Below, one piece after another: positions 1 through 8,397 of a DNA stretch of 64,000 bases. A program made the translations under genes and the position numbers. The DNA is taken from IMG/VR virus record IMGVR_UViG_3300020429_000539, positions 44,263 through 108,262 of that record, one strand, 5' to 3'. The DNA comes from a virus (Duplodnaviria; Heunggongvirae; Uroviricota; Caudoviricetes). How positions within the stretch are numbered: position 1 is the stretch's first letter; each line of letters begins with the position of its first letter. Under the pieces are notes generated by a model. The model had not been told where the DNA came from. It did not search any database and saw only the letters and a list, made by a program, of their open reading frames with translations.

Positions 1-701
1 GGATTATCGCCAACTTTGCCCACTCGCTGCTGAGCGGCATCAAGCAGGTCGCGAGCTTCGTCGATGGCTGCTTGCGTTGGGATATGTCCACCTTCGATGC
101 TAGCGCGTGTATAGTTGACTGCGCCTTGGTTCATTGCGTGCATGAGTTGCAGCGTTTGTGCATCAAACTTAGGCTTGGACTTGCGACTGGTCTTCTTCTT
201 TGTCTTTTTGCTGGCGGTTGCTGCATCATCAGCAGTAGCATCAGTATCCTTGTGGACGATGTTTTTGGCATCTGGCAAGCCGACATCACGCTTTGCGGCA
301 GGTCGCACGCGATAGCAGTCCTTGCCGGGCTTTCCACAGAGAACCTGCCGCCCTCCGATATCCTTGAACACTCCGCGACGGATGTTCTTAGATTCGCATT
401 GTTTGATGAATGCGTGAACCGCTTCTTCTTTTGACCCGCACTGCCAGAACTGAATGTCGCCCGTGGTGCCTGTTCTCCCCCATTGAAGATAGACATACCA
501 GGTATTGTTGATCTTGCTTTTGACAACAGCAGCGTGGTAGAACTTGTTGCTGTCTTTGCCGTCCTGATTGAAACAGCCGAAGTCAGCGATCATTGTGCCA
601 TCAAACTGACCATCCTTGAGAGCGGGTGGGCCGAAGCACTCAAAATCGTTGAGCGTATGACCTGATGGAAGTTCTTTGCGGCTGAGTTTTTTGACGGCCA
701 T
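1..701 (-). CDS. WGR-domain protein, probably PARP-like; runs off the window start
   Basis: Not in the ORF track because it is open at the edge. Manual translation from ATG 701 gives MAVKKLSRKELP...NQDGKDSNKFYHAAVV...WYVYLQWGRTGTTG (WGR motif), later HIPTQAAIDEARDLLD (similar to the start of a PARP regulatory domain). No stop to base 1. Confidence 0.7.
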   Translation of the reverse strand, partial: MAVKKLSRKELPSGHTLNDFECFGPPALKDGQFDGTMIADFGCFNQDGKDSNKFYHAAVVKSKINNTWYVYLQWGRTGTTGDIQFWQCGSKEEAVHAFIKQCESKNIRRGVFKDIGGRQVLCGKPGKDCYRVRPAAKRDVGLPDAKNIVHKDTDATADDAATASKKTKKKTSRKSKPKFDAQTLQLMHAMNQGAVNYTRASIEGGHIPTQAAIDEARDLLDAAQQRVGKVGDN

Positions 702-704
702 GAT

Positions 705-983
705 TTATCCTGTTGGGCGTCCACCCGTTTTCTCGTAGAACTCTTCGATGGACACGGTTGATTCGCTGCCAGTTCTGGTCATCCACATGCCGCCATCGGT
801 CATGACGCGATGGACTCCTGCTTTGGGCTTGCGTCCGTTGAATGGCTTGTAGTGGATGGTTTTGCAGCCTGTTCCGCTGCATCCATTGCAGATGACTGCC
901 GTGCCATCAGGCTCAGCAAACCCGCAATAAAGGCCAGTTCCTCCGCAATCGCGGCATTCAGTTTCAATCTTTTCCATGCTCAC
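705..983 (-). CDS. small DnaJ-type zinc-finger protein
   Basis: Two CxxCxGxG motifs (CRDCGGTG, CNGCSGTG). Confidence 0.7.
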   Translation of the reverse strand: MSMEKIETECRDCGGTGLYCGFAEPDGTAVICNGCSGTGCKTIHYKPFNGRKPKAGVHRVMTDGGMWMTRTGSESTVSIEEFYEKTGGRPTG

Positions 984-1017
984 ACCCTATGGGCCACGAA
1001 CGCAATCGTATGTGGCT

Positions 1018-1419
1018 TCAGTCGTATGGGTTGCCGTCTGAAAAGTGACTCTCATCGATAAGGGTATCGATGTCTTTACCCGTACCTTCCCCTTTTTCGG
1101 TCATGACCCACCCGTCGCTTGTTCTGCTGATCATGCCTTTTTCTTCGAGATCGTAACAGGTCAGCAAACGACCAATGCCAATAGCGAGTTTCTCGAATCG
1201 TTTCTCGCCATCGCTGTCAACGGGAGCATCAAGCGGCAGGTCATCACGTACGATGCGGTCGAGACCGTTGACAAGCGCCGCAGCGATAACACCGCTGGTT
1301 GTTACGGTTGTAGCGCTGTCGCCCAGCATGTTCTCCGCATCGCCGCGTAGCAGTTTGAGCTTGTTTTCGTTTTCGCGCGAATACGCGAAGAAATCAAAAC
1401 TGTCATCCAGTGGGTTCAT
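1018..1419 (-). CDS. hypothetical protein
   Basis: 133-aa ORF co-oriented with neighbours; SD-like AGAGGAAG upstream. Confidence 0.6.
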   Translation of the reverse strand: MNPLDDSFDFFAYSRENENKLKLLRGDAENMLGDSATTVTTSGVIAAALVNGLDRIVRDDLPLDAPVDSDGEKRFEKLAIGIGRLLTCYDLEEKGMISRTSDGWVMTEKGEGTGKDIDTLIDESHFSDGNPYD

Positions 1420-1455
1420 TGTCTTCCTCTCTTTTGACTTCCTGTCACCATCAGT

Positions 1456-1917
1456 TTATTCATCTGATGGTTTTTCAAGCTTTGGCCCTTCAAGTTGGTT
1501 GAAAGCTTCTGTCCATTCTTCGAATGTCAGGCCATAGATATTTAGGGTTTCTGAAAACTTGTTTGGAGGCGTGTGGCGGATGGAAAGCGCTGTTCCTGCG
1601 CAAGAGCTTGTGCTGTAGGTTACGCCCACGAGTCTGCGAGAATCGATGAGATGTCTTTTTTCTGAGACTTCGATTTTATCATTCGAAGCAGCAGGCATGA
1701 CAATCTCAATGGTGTATGGTTGATGAACTATCAGTTCGACACCTGTCTCAATTCGAAGGCGATTAGAGTGCAAAGAGTGCGAAGCAACAGCAGATATTCC
1801 CCAAATCATCAATGCTAAAGCAGCAATGCCAGCAGCTATCCATATCCGACCAGCCGTCAGTTCCGGCAATCGAATGATAGGCCGCAGGTTTCGCTTGAAT
1901 GATTGTGAGGTCTTCAT
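1456..1917 (-). CDS. hypothetical membrane-anchored protein
   Basis: Single N-terminal hydrophobic helix (IWIAAGIAALALMIWGI). Confidence 0.55.
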   Translation of the reverse strand: MKTSQSFKRNLRPIIRLPELTAGRIWIAAGIAALALMIWGISAVASHSLHSNRLRIETGVELIVHQPYTIEIVMPAASNDKIEVSEKRHLIDSRRLVGVTYSTSSCAGTALSIRHTPPNKFSETLNIYGLTFEEWTEAFNQLEGPKLEKPSDE

Positions 1918-1951
1918 CGTGTCATTATGCCATCAAAAACTGTTCACTTGA

Positions 1952-2278
1952 TTATTCTTCGCTTTTAGCAGGTGTGATGTCGATTTCGTCGCCAATGCGA
2001 TACGTAATAAATAGGTCAGGTAGAACTTCATGTCTGGTCACGACCTCGTATCCATGTCTGTTCTCGCCCGTAACCCAAAGAAGATAGACCTCTTCAGTGG
2101 ATTTGTAAATGCTATGACCAACATGCGTCTGTTGTGGAGGTAAATAATCTTTGCCTGTAACTACGCCAACATATGCTGGCTCTTGCATCCGAGCAGTCAG
2201 AATGGTCTGTTGCTGATTCTCTCCACAGCCGGTACAGAAGGCGGTGGTAAGAAGCAGTGCTGCAAAAATGCTTTTCAT
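1952..2278 (-). CDS. putative lipoprotein
   Basis: MKSIFAALLLTTAFCTGC signal peptide with lipobox-like Cys. Confidence 0.55.
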   Translation of the reverse strand: MKSIFAALLLTTAFCTGCGENQQQTILTARMQEPAYVGVVTGKDYLPPQQTHVGHSIYKSTEEVYLLWVTGENRHGYEVVTRHEVLPDLFITYRIGDEIDITPAKSEE

Positions 2279-2280
2279 AA

Positions 2281-2355
2281 CGCTCACGACAGGACTCGAA
2301 CCTGCGACTCGCTGGGCTTTAGAGGCCCCGGCTCTACCATCTGAGCTACGTGAGC
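2281..2355 (-). tRNA. amber suppressor tRNA (anticodon CUA)
   Basis: Cloverleaf GCTCACG/CGTGAGC, D arm GCTC/GAGC, anticodon loop CT-CTA-AA, T arm GCAGG-TTCGAGT-CCTGT. Confidence 0.8.
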
Positions 2356-2378
2356 ATAGGGCTAGTTCAGCCTATCCA

Positions 2379-2400
2379 ATTATAGGCCTTCAAGTTTCAC
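2379..2400 (-). promoter_or_regulatory. GTGAAA(G/C)-N9-11-TATAAT promoter upstream of the suppressor tRNA
   Basis: GTGAAAC-9 nt-TATAAT; the same motif recurs at several other gene starts. Confidence 0.5.
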
Positions 2401-2539
2401 CCGCTAGGAGCATTCCCGCTCCGATTTTTTGTCATCAATCTTCACCCAATTGTCAAAGTGGCAGCCGATATATTGAGCCTTCTCGCGTGGCACGGTCGCC
2501 ATGCGGAACGACTGTTCTTTTTATCAAGGGTATACAGCT

Positions 2540-4126
2540 ATGCCGAACGAAGAGAAAAATGTCTTCCAAGATGTTGCTCTGGAACACAGCGGGACCAAGA
2601 TCACGCTGCCGAGCATTCCCCGTCCCATGACCACACAGGAAGCTCGCGAGGCCCTGTACGAAATCGAGCAAGACCTTGAGACCGAGGTTATGCTCAACCA
2701 CGAAATCGAGTGCTTTCCGCTCGACGGCGCTGTGGCATTCGCTCGCGCTCTTCTGAAGAGGTACGGGCATCCCATCGGCACGAAGACGCCCCCGAAGCAT
2801 ATGTTTGATTCGGCGAAGCCGCCGACGCTCGTGACCGTTCCCATCTCCGCAACGGAGAAGATTCAGGTTCCGTGGGGTTCCGTGAAGGTTCCCAACATGA
2901 CGGGCCGTTTCGAGACGATGACGCCTGGTAACCCTGCCTCGGGTCCGAAGTTCATCATCGGCGGCGAGATTCTCAAGAAGCACGAGAAAGAATCGCAGGC
3001 CATCGCTGCTCTGACCGAGGAGTTGCTTGCGAGCAACTCGATCTACAAGGGCAAGGCGATTCGTGTCAGCTTCGAATACATCCGCGATGAGCGACCCTTC
3101 GACCCGTCGCTTGATTCGCCGACGTTCATCGATACTTCCAAGGTCCGTCCCGAATCGCTCATCTTCCCCGACGAAACGGCCAAGCTCATCGAGCAGGGTC
3201 TTTTCACTCCCATCAAGAGCGCCGATTCGTTCCGTCAGTACGGCATTCCGCTGAAGCGCGGCGTGCTTCTGACTGGTCCCTACGGCTGTGGCAAGACGCT
3301 GACGGCGAACGTGACCGCGAAGCTCTGCGAGGACAATGGCTGGACGTTCCTGTACCTGAAGGATGTCCGTGACCTTGTGCTGGCGCTCAAGTACGCCAAG
3401 CTCTACTCGCCGTGCGTTATCTTTGCGGAGGATGTTGACAAGGCAGTCGGTCACGACCGAAGCAACGAGGTCAATGCCATCCTCAACACGCTCGATGGTG
3501 TTGATTACAAGGACCAGGAAATCCTGACCATCGTGACGACCAACCATGCTGAGAACATCAGCAAGGCGATGCTCCGCCCCGGTCGTCTCGATACGGTCGT
3601 TCCCGTGCTGCCGCCTGACCAGTCGGCGGCTGAACGCCTCATCCGCTTCTACGGCGGCAAGCTGCTGTCGCCTGACATCGACATTTCGGCTGCTGCGAAG
3701 GCTCTCCAAGGCCACATCCCTGCCACTATCCGCGAGTGTGTGGACCGCTCGAAGAGCATCGTGATTGCTCGCGAACTCGCGGAGCATGGCAAAGCGGAAA
3801 TCGAGGGCAAGGTTACTGCTCAAGACCTGCAAGACTCGCTCGCCGGCATGAAGCCTCACATGGAACTCATGGAGGGCGCGAAGGCCAATGGCCCCTCGAT
3901 GATGGAGGCTGGTCTGAACGCTTTCGGACAGGCCGTGGGTGCTGGTGTTGGCCTCGCCATTCACTCGCAGATGAATGGGCTTGGCAAGGCTGTTACTCTG
4001 CCGCCTGAACTGATGGGCCTTTTGACAGGACGGGCGATGCAGGGCTGGACGCAGCCTGGTACCGGCTTCACTCCTGCTGAAGGCGAATCTGCGGAAGAAC
4101 CTGCCGAGGCTTCGGCTGAGGCCTAA
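2540..4126 (+). CDS. AAA+ ATPase
   Basis: Walker A GPYGCGKT, Walker B VIFAEDVD, second region of homology TTNH...AMLRPGRLD. Confidence 0.9.
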   Translation: MPNEEKNVFQDVALEHSGTKITLPSIPRPMTTQEAREALYEIEQDLETEVMLNHEIECFPLDGAVAFARALLKRYGHPIGTKTPPKHMFDSAKPPTLVTVPISATEKIQVPWGSVKVPNMTGRFETMTPGNPASGPKFIIGGEILKKHEKESQAIAALTEELLASNSIYKGKAIRVSFEYIRDERPFDPSLDSPTFIDTSKVRPESLIFPDETAKLIEQGLFTPIKSADSFRQYGIPLKRGVLLTGPYGCGKTLTANVTAKLCEDNGWTFLYLKDVRDLVLALKYAKLYSPCVIFAEDVDKAVGHDRSNEVNAILNTLDGVDYKDQEILTIVTTNHAENISKAMLRPGRLDTVVPVLPPDQSAAERLIRFYGGKLLSPDIDISAAAKALQGHIPATIRECVDRSKSIVIARELAEHGKAEIEGKVTAQDLQDSLAGMKPHMELMEGAKANGPSMMEAGLNAFGQAVGAGVGLAIHSQMNGLGKAVTLPPELMGLLTGRAMQGWTQPGTGFTPAEGESAEEPAEASAEA

Positions 4127-4170
4127 ATAAGCCTCTCTCTTCCCACTCAGCTTCGGCTGAGTATACCCTG

Positions 4171-4205
4171 GGGCCGTCCTGCTTCGTGCAGGCGGCCCTT
4201 TTTTA
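4171..4205 (+). terminator. intrinsic terminator after the AAA+ gene
   Basis: GGGCCGTCCTGC-TTCGT-GCAGGCGGCCC followed by a T tract. Confidence 0.75.
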
Positions 4206-4799
4206 TAGGTGCCTGTTCTTTGAAACGCATACAAAGTCTGCTCTCTGTAAGACCTGTTCTTTGTGCGATTTTTCAACTATAAAGCATATCTCTAGTAGCT
4301 TTCTCCATACGTTGATATCTGCAATAGTCATATGTAGATGGTTGCCGTCTTTATCGACAAAATAGCTTTGTCTGGTCGAAATAGCGAATACAAACTTGTC
4401 TGCATTAATGCGAGATAAAGCATCGAGTGTTTGCATGACCTTATCAGGCCAAACATGCTCCATGACATCCATTGATACAAGATAGTCAAATCTTTCGTTG
4501 CCAAGGATTTTTGGCATTTCGGTCATGCTGCAATGAATGAATCTGCCGGTTAGGTTTTTATCATTGTTGTTGTGATCGATGACGTATTTTGATACGTCAC
4601 AACCTACGTAGTCTTTACATATTTCATTAACTAAACCCCACCCGCACCCTGCGTCTACAACTTTCGAATCTCTTTTCAATCCAGCCCAATGAAGGACTCC
4701 TGGCATACCTTTGTCTACTCTTCTCTTTGGGGCTGGTCCATAAGAATTGGCATAGAGCCAACTGTATCGTTTATCTTCTGTTTTCTCCCAGTTCTGCAT
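4203..4799 (-). CDS. class I SAM-dependent methyltransferase
   Basis: Motif I VVDAGCGWG; later VSMDVMEH. Confidence 0.8.
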   Translation of the reverse strand: MQNWEKTEDKRYSWLYANSYGPAPKRRVDKGMPGVLHWAGLKRDSKVVDAGCGWGLVNEICKDYVGCDVSKYVIDHNNNDKNLTGRFIHCSMTEMPKILGNERFDYLVSMDVMEHVWPDKVMQTLDALSRINADKFVFAISTRQSYFVDKDGNHLHMTIADINVWRKLLEICFIVEKSHKEQVLQRADFVCVSKNRHL

Positions 4800-4806
4800 T
4801 TAGCTT

Positions 4807-5019
4807 TTATCCTAGAGTCAATATGTAGTTGGTGAAAATGACCATCGCAGCTTCGATAGCATCTGTATCGAGAGTGGTCATGTTGAGTTTGAAACTGATT
4901 TGACCATCGGATGCGGTTTCAATGATTGCTGTTGCATTGCTAGAAGCTTGAAATGTTTCTAGCGATACTTCGCTGAATTCGTTGTTGCCGTCATTGAAAT
5001 CAAAATATTGCATTGGCAT
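4807..5019 (-). CDS. hypothetical protein
   Basis: Short ORF in the - strand run. Confidence 0.45.
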   Translation of the reverse strand: MPMQYFDFNDGNNEFSEVSLETFQASSNATAIIETASDGQISFKLNMTTLDTDAIEAAMVIFTNYILTLG

Positions 5020-5063
5020 GAAAAAAGCCTCCCACCTGCTATTCAGCAAGGGGAGGCTTTTTC
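5020..5063 (-). terminator. intrinsic terminator downstream of the tmRNA/endonuclease unit
   Basis: On the - strand: AAGCCTCCC...GGGAGGCTT followed by a T tract. Confidence 0.65.
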
Positions 5064-5070
5064 CTTCAAG

Positions 5071-5085
5071 TGGAGCGCGGGGGAT
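5071..5085 (-). repeat. duplicated 3' end of tmRNA
   Basis: ATCCCC-CGCGCTCCA versus tmRNA end ATCCCCTCGCGCTCCA (5909-5924), a one-nt indel. Confidence 0.55.
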
Positions 5086-5855
5086 TATCCGATTTTTTCG
5101 ACTACTTCTGCTTCAATAATATACATGCCCCATTCTCCGCTATTTGATTTTGCCGATATTCGATATGTACCATCATAAGGGTGTGGAATGGCCTGAAATT
5201 CTTCGTCAGGTTCAAAGGTTCTAGTCATATCAGGACAGTCTGCTGTATCTATTCTATTGCTTGATTCAACAAATTGAGTGATACGTTGTTCAACAAATTT
5301 TACCCTTACAGATTGGCTTGCGGTAGTCATTAAGCAAAATCGAACCAAATCAAAATCATCTAAACATTGGCGACCAATATTGGCTATATACGAAACAAAT
5401 CGAACATTGCCTTGAATATAACCTTTTTTATGATCAATTCTATCCAAACTTGCTCTGTAAACAATATTAAAATCGTCCCAACCCTCAGTACTGCGAGGCA
5501 ATAATAGCTGATGTGATGTTATCGGGCACTTGCCTTCTTGCTTATCCCAAAGCTGCTTGAGATATTCAGGAGTTAAATTCGTAGAGCCCTTTTTTGATGC
5601 TCTATCTCTTGCTCTAGCTACAAACCAACGAAACGGGGTAAACTCGTCTCGGGTTCTGCCTTTTCTGAGGTTATCAGGTCTTGGTTTTATAGCCGGATTT
5701 TCTTGGGCAGCTATTTTAGCTGAACAACTGCGGCTACAGAAGTGACGAGAATTTCTTCTCTGAGTTCGATTGAACTCAGAAACACTCTTATTAAATTTCT
5801 TGCCGCATGCGGCGCAGGTTGCTTGTGTATATGACATACAATCACATACAAGCAA
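5085..5855 (-). CDS. HNH/His-Me finger homing-endonuclease-like protein with N-terminal zinc finger
   Basis: CxxC...FCSRSC finger; ASLDRIDHKKGYIQGNVRFVSYIAN, typical of phage His-Me endonucleases. Confidence 0.75.
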   Translation of the reverse strand: MLVCDCMSYTQATCAACGKKFNKSVSEFNRTQRRNSRHFCSRSCSAKIAAQENPAIKPRPDNLRKGRTRDEFTPFRWFVARARDRASKKGSTNLTPEYLKQLWDKQEGKCPITSHQLLLPRSTEGWDDFNIVYRASLDRIDHKKGYIQGNVRFVSYIANIGRQCLDDFDLVRFCLMTTASQSVRVKFVEQRITQFVESSNRIDTADCPDMTRTFEPDEEFQAIPHPYDGTYRISAKSNSGEWGMYIIEAEVVEKIG

Positions 5856-5908
5856 ACGACGGAGGCCTCCTTCTTTTAGATGGAAGCCACCGTCGTTTTT
5901 GTGATAAA

Positions 5909-6258
5909 TGGAGCGCGAGGGGATCGAACCCTCGTGTCGGTCTGGTTCAGAAGAGACATCTACGAGCGTAGCTGCTGATTTAGCTTTTCATCAATCCTGC
6001 CAGCAGCGGCATGATTTTCAGAGCATCCCATTTGATCTCGATAGTTCGTCCTAGGGAATCGAACGCGCTATCTATCCGAAGTTCATCCACTCCCCAATCA
6101 TCGGAGTCATCGGGTCGTGGGCAGGCTGATTAGGCAGCCATGCGGAGGGTGTTGCTGTTGGCAACTAATTTTCGCATACCTTTTTACGAGGCCAGAGCAT
6201 GCTTCCTCGACTCGCAGTCTTCCACCTACACCATCCGGTCGAAAACCAAATGCGCCCC
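5909..6258 (-). ncRNA. ssrA: tmRNA (tag peptide ANSNTLRMAA)
   Basis: 5' GGGGCGCATTTGGTTTTCGAC, 3' T arm GAGGGTTCGATCCCCTCGCGCTCCA, about 350 nt; tag ORF GCC AAC AGC AAC ACC CTC CGC ATG GCT GCC TAA after AATTAGTT. Confidence 0.9.
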
Positions 6259-6280
6259 AAGTTGTCAAAGAGGTATGAGC

Positions 6281-6309
6281 AGTCTAGTCGCTCAAGGAGC
6301 CTTTGTCAA
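6281..6309 (-). promoter_or_regulatory. sigma70-type promoter of tmRNA
   Basis: TTGACA-17 nt-TAGACT immediately upstream of ssrA. Confidence 0.65.
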
Positions 6310-6569
6310 GCAGTATCGGCATCAGTCTTGTCGTAAAAGATGAACTGCACTCCATTTTCTACAACATCCTCGACCCAGCAGTCTTTTCCAAGGCCATTGA
6401 AGTCGAAGAGCGTGTTCGCGGTGACTTGAACGACTGCAAAGCGTCCATGACCCATAGGCTCTTCTGAGAGCTTCAGGACGGCTTCTCGCGAATCGCAAAC
6501 CATGAATGGCGTGAGATGAAACGTATCCGTTTCATGATTCTCTGATATGGACAGAACAATATAGAGCAT
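6306..6569 (-). CDS. hypothetical protein
   Basis: 87-aa ORF in a tight - strand run. Confidence 0.55.
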   Translation of the reverse strand: MLYIVLSISENHETDTFHLTPFMVCDSREAVLKLSEEPMGHGRFAVVQVTANTLFDFNGLGKDCWVEDVVENGVQFIFYDKTDADTA

Positions 6570-6577
6570 GATTGAGC

Positions 6578-7036
6578 CTAGCGAATACCTGTGCTGATAC
6601 CACCGAAATCAACGCAAACAAGTCTTTGACCAATAATTCCGCAGTTGATAGGATGAAAGTCGCCGCCCATTCCCAGCTTGAGAAGCTTGTTTTCTAGGTC
6701 ATTTGCCTGGTTCTGCCAGATTTTGTCTTTGTAGTGAACCTTGCGCGCAATCTGTGTTTCGTATCCATACAGAGTGTCTGGGTATTTAGAGGTCTTTGTC
6801 CTTCGATAAATGACGACAAGACGCTTACCGACCTTTGGAGCCAAGCCTTTGCTGGCAGCGAGCTTTTGAGACCTATATGCATGTTCGGCTTCATCTTGCT
6901 CGTGGTATACCTTGATGCCGAACTTACTGGACTTAGAGAGACGGAAAAACATCGCTTCTGCTCCGGAAGCGGTTTTGTTTCCGACGAGCGATATCACATC
7001 ATAATTGGGGAGCTTTCTTCTGGTTTGCTTTGGCAC
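6578..7036 (-). CDS. minimal protein-kinase-like (PKL fold) protein
   Basis: GIKVY lysine strand, GLAPKV, GDFHPIN catalytic loop, VCVDFG. Confidence 0.65.
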   Translation of the reverse strand: MPKQTRRKLPNYDVISLVGNKTASGAEAMFFRLSKSSKFGIKVYHEQDEAEHAYRSQKLAASKGLAPKVGKRLVVIYRRTKTSKYPDTLYGYETQIARKVHYKDKIWQNQANDLENKLLKLGMGGDFHPINCGIIGQRLVCVDFGGISTGIR

Positions 7037-7101
7037 TTGTAAATCCTGATTCGTCCTTTTGCGGTTTCGACAGGATTCTACATCAAAGTTGTTTCACTTG
7101 C

Positions 7102-7266
7102 TCATTTCCCGAGCAAGAACCACAGAATAGCGCCAATCAGCGGGAAGAAGAAAACAAGCACACACCACAGGACTTTTGCGCCTGTCGTTGCTTCGCTTGA
7201 AATGATATCAATGATCACGAAGACCAAAATCAGAAACCAAATAAAGCTCAAAATACCGCTAAGCAT
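7102..7266 (-). CDS. small two-helix membrane protein (PLDc N-terminal-like)
   Basis: Below the ORF-track cutoff: MLSGILSFIWFLILVFVIIDII...AKVLWCVLVFFFPLIGAILWFLLGK. Confidence 0.65.
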   Translation of the reverse strand: MLSGILSFIWFLILVFVIIDIISSEATTGAKVLWCVLVFFFPLIGAILWFLLGK

Positions 7267-7912
7267 GAGAATGCTCCTCTCGTTTGTGGTTCAATGACGG
7301 GTCAATAAATCGAACCGCCTCAGCGACTTGTTCTTCTAGCGGCTCTGCAATGCCCTCGTAGATGAAGTTTGCCATTTTTCGAACATACAGTTCGGGTTTT
7401 TCAGTCATGTTGTTGAAGTTGACCCACAGCGCAGGCGGTTTGAAGTTCTCAAGGACCAAGGCTCGACATTCTCGAATCGTATCCTGCATACTGATGATAT
7501 TCGCGACATCGTTACGACCCCATTTATTTGCAGCGCTCCGGGCCGCAGCCAGTTCATTGCGCTCAACACAGATAACTCGCCAATCTTGAGGAATCGAGTC
7601 GTAAATCAAGTCGAACTTGACGCTGAGTCTCGGGTCTTTAAGGCCCCATAACCGATTTGTGTCAGCACGTTCAAACAGATATTCCTTGAAGTTTATCAAG
7701 TCCTGGTCTAATTTGTCTTCATCTTTGAGCGAAGAGAGATTGTCAATCCAGGTACCGAGTCGAATATCTTCGTAGTGTCCGCGAGGATTCGTAGGATGAG
7801 GACCACGAGTTCTTTTACCCATCGAGCAACCGAGATGGTGTAAAACTCCAGCGACAGCAGATGTTCCGCTGCCATGGACACCAAGCACGATGATACATCT
7901 TGACCTGCTCAC
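7259..7912 (-). CDS. sulfotransferase family protein
   Basis: IIVLGVHGSGTSAVA (PAPS-binding loop) and WGLKDPRL. Confidence 0.75.
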   Translation of the reverse strand: MSRSRCIIVLGVHGSGTSAVAGVLHHLGCSMGKRTRGPHPTNPRGHYEDIRLGTWIDNLSSLKDEDKLDQDLINFKEYLFERADTNRLWGLKDPRLSVKFDLIYDSIPQDWRVICVERNELAAARSAANKWGRNDVANIISMQDTIRECRALVLENFKPPALWVNFNNMTEKPELYVRKMANFIYEGIAEPLEEQVAEAVRFIDPSLNHKREEHSHA

Positions 7913-7919
7913 TATGTCT

Positions 7920-8372
7920 TTATCGTCCTACGAGATTTGATTCTTCAACCGCAAGCTCATCGCATCGCTCGTTTTCAGGATGACCGTTATGGCCTCGTAT
8001 CCAGTTGAACTCAAGCGTGTGTTTTGTTTTGAGCGCGTCGAGAAGCTTCCAAAGCTCTTGATTTTTGACAGGTTTCTTGTTTGCTGTTTTCCACCCTTTT
8101 TTCTTCCAGTTCTCAAGCCATTCTTCGAGCCCTTTGAGAACGTAGGTTGAATCAGAGTGAACGCGAACAAGACATGATGACTCAAGGGACTGGAGCCCCT
8201 GAATGACGGCCATAAGTTCCATTTGGTTATTGGTGGTGTCAGGCATTCCGCCCGACAACACCGTTTCAGTTCCATCCTGTGCTTTCAGGATACATGCCCA
8301 ACCACCGTTACCGGGATTGCCCTTGCACGCCCCATCGGTATACAGGTCTATTTCTGGTATCGCATCGCTCAT
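7920..8372 (-). CDS. rnhA: ribonuclease HI
   Basis: YTDGACKGNPGNGGW, TTNNQMEL, VHSDS, WIRGHNGHPENERCD. Confidence 0.95.
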   Translation of the reverse strand: MSDAIPEIDLYTDGACKGNPGNGGWACILKAQDGTETVLSGGMPDTTNNQMELMAVIQGLQSLESSCLVRVHSDSTYVLKGLEEWLENWKKKGWKTANKKPVKNQELWKLLDALKTKHTLEFNWIRGHNGHPENERCDELAVEESNLVGR

Positions 8373-8397
8373 CGACGCATTATACCATCGCTACCTT

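Noticed and set aside
131-526. ORF-track protein 131-526 (-) and the + strand ORFs in 72-665
   Set aside because: They are off-frame or antisense shadows of the WGR gene (1-701), which has recognizable motifs.
2281-2355. Pyrrolysine tRNA interpretation of the CUA tRNA
   Set aside because: It has a standard D loop with GG, a TTCGA T loop and two bases between the acceptor and D stems, unlike tRNA-Pyl. No pyl genes are seen.
2453-4276. Long antisense ORFs (607 aa here; also 44051-45109, 55316-56431, 61031-62050 and similar)
   Set aside because: Each lies opposite a well-supported gene with GC-biased codons and has no motifs of its own.
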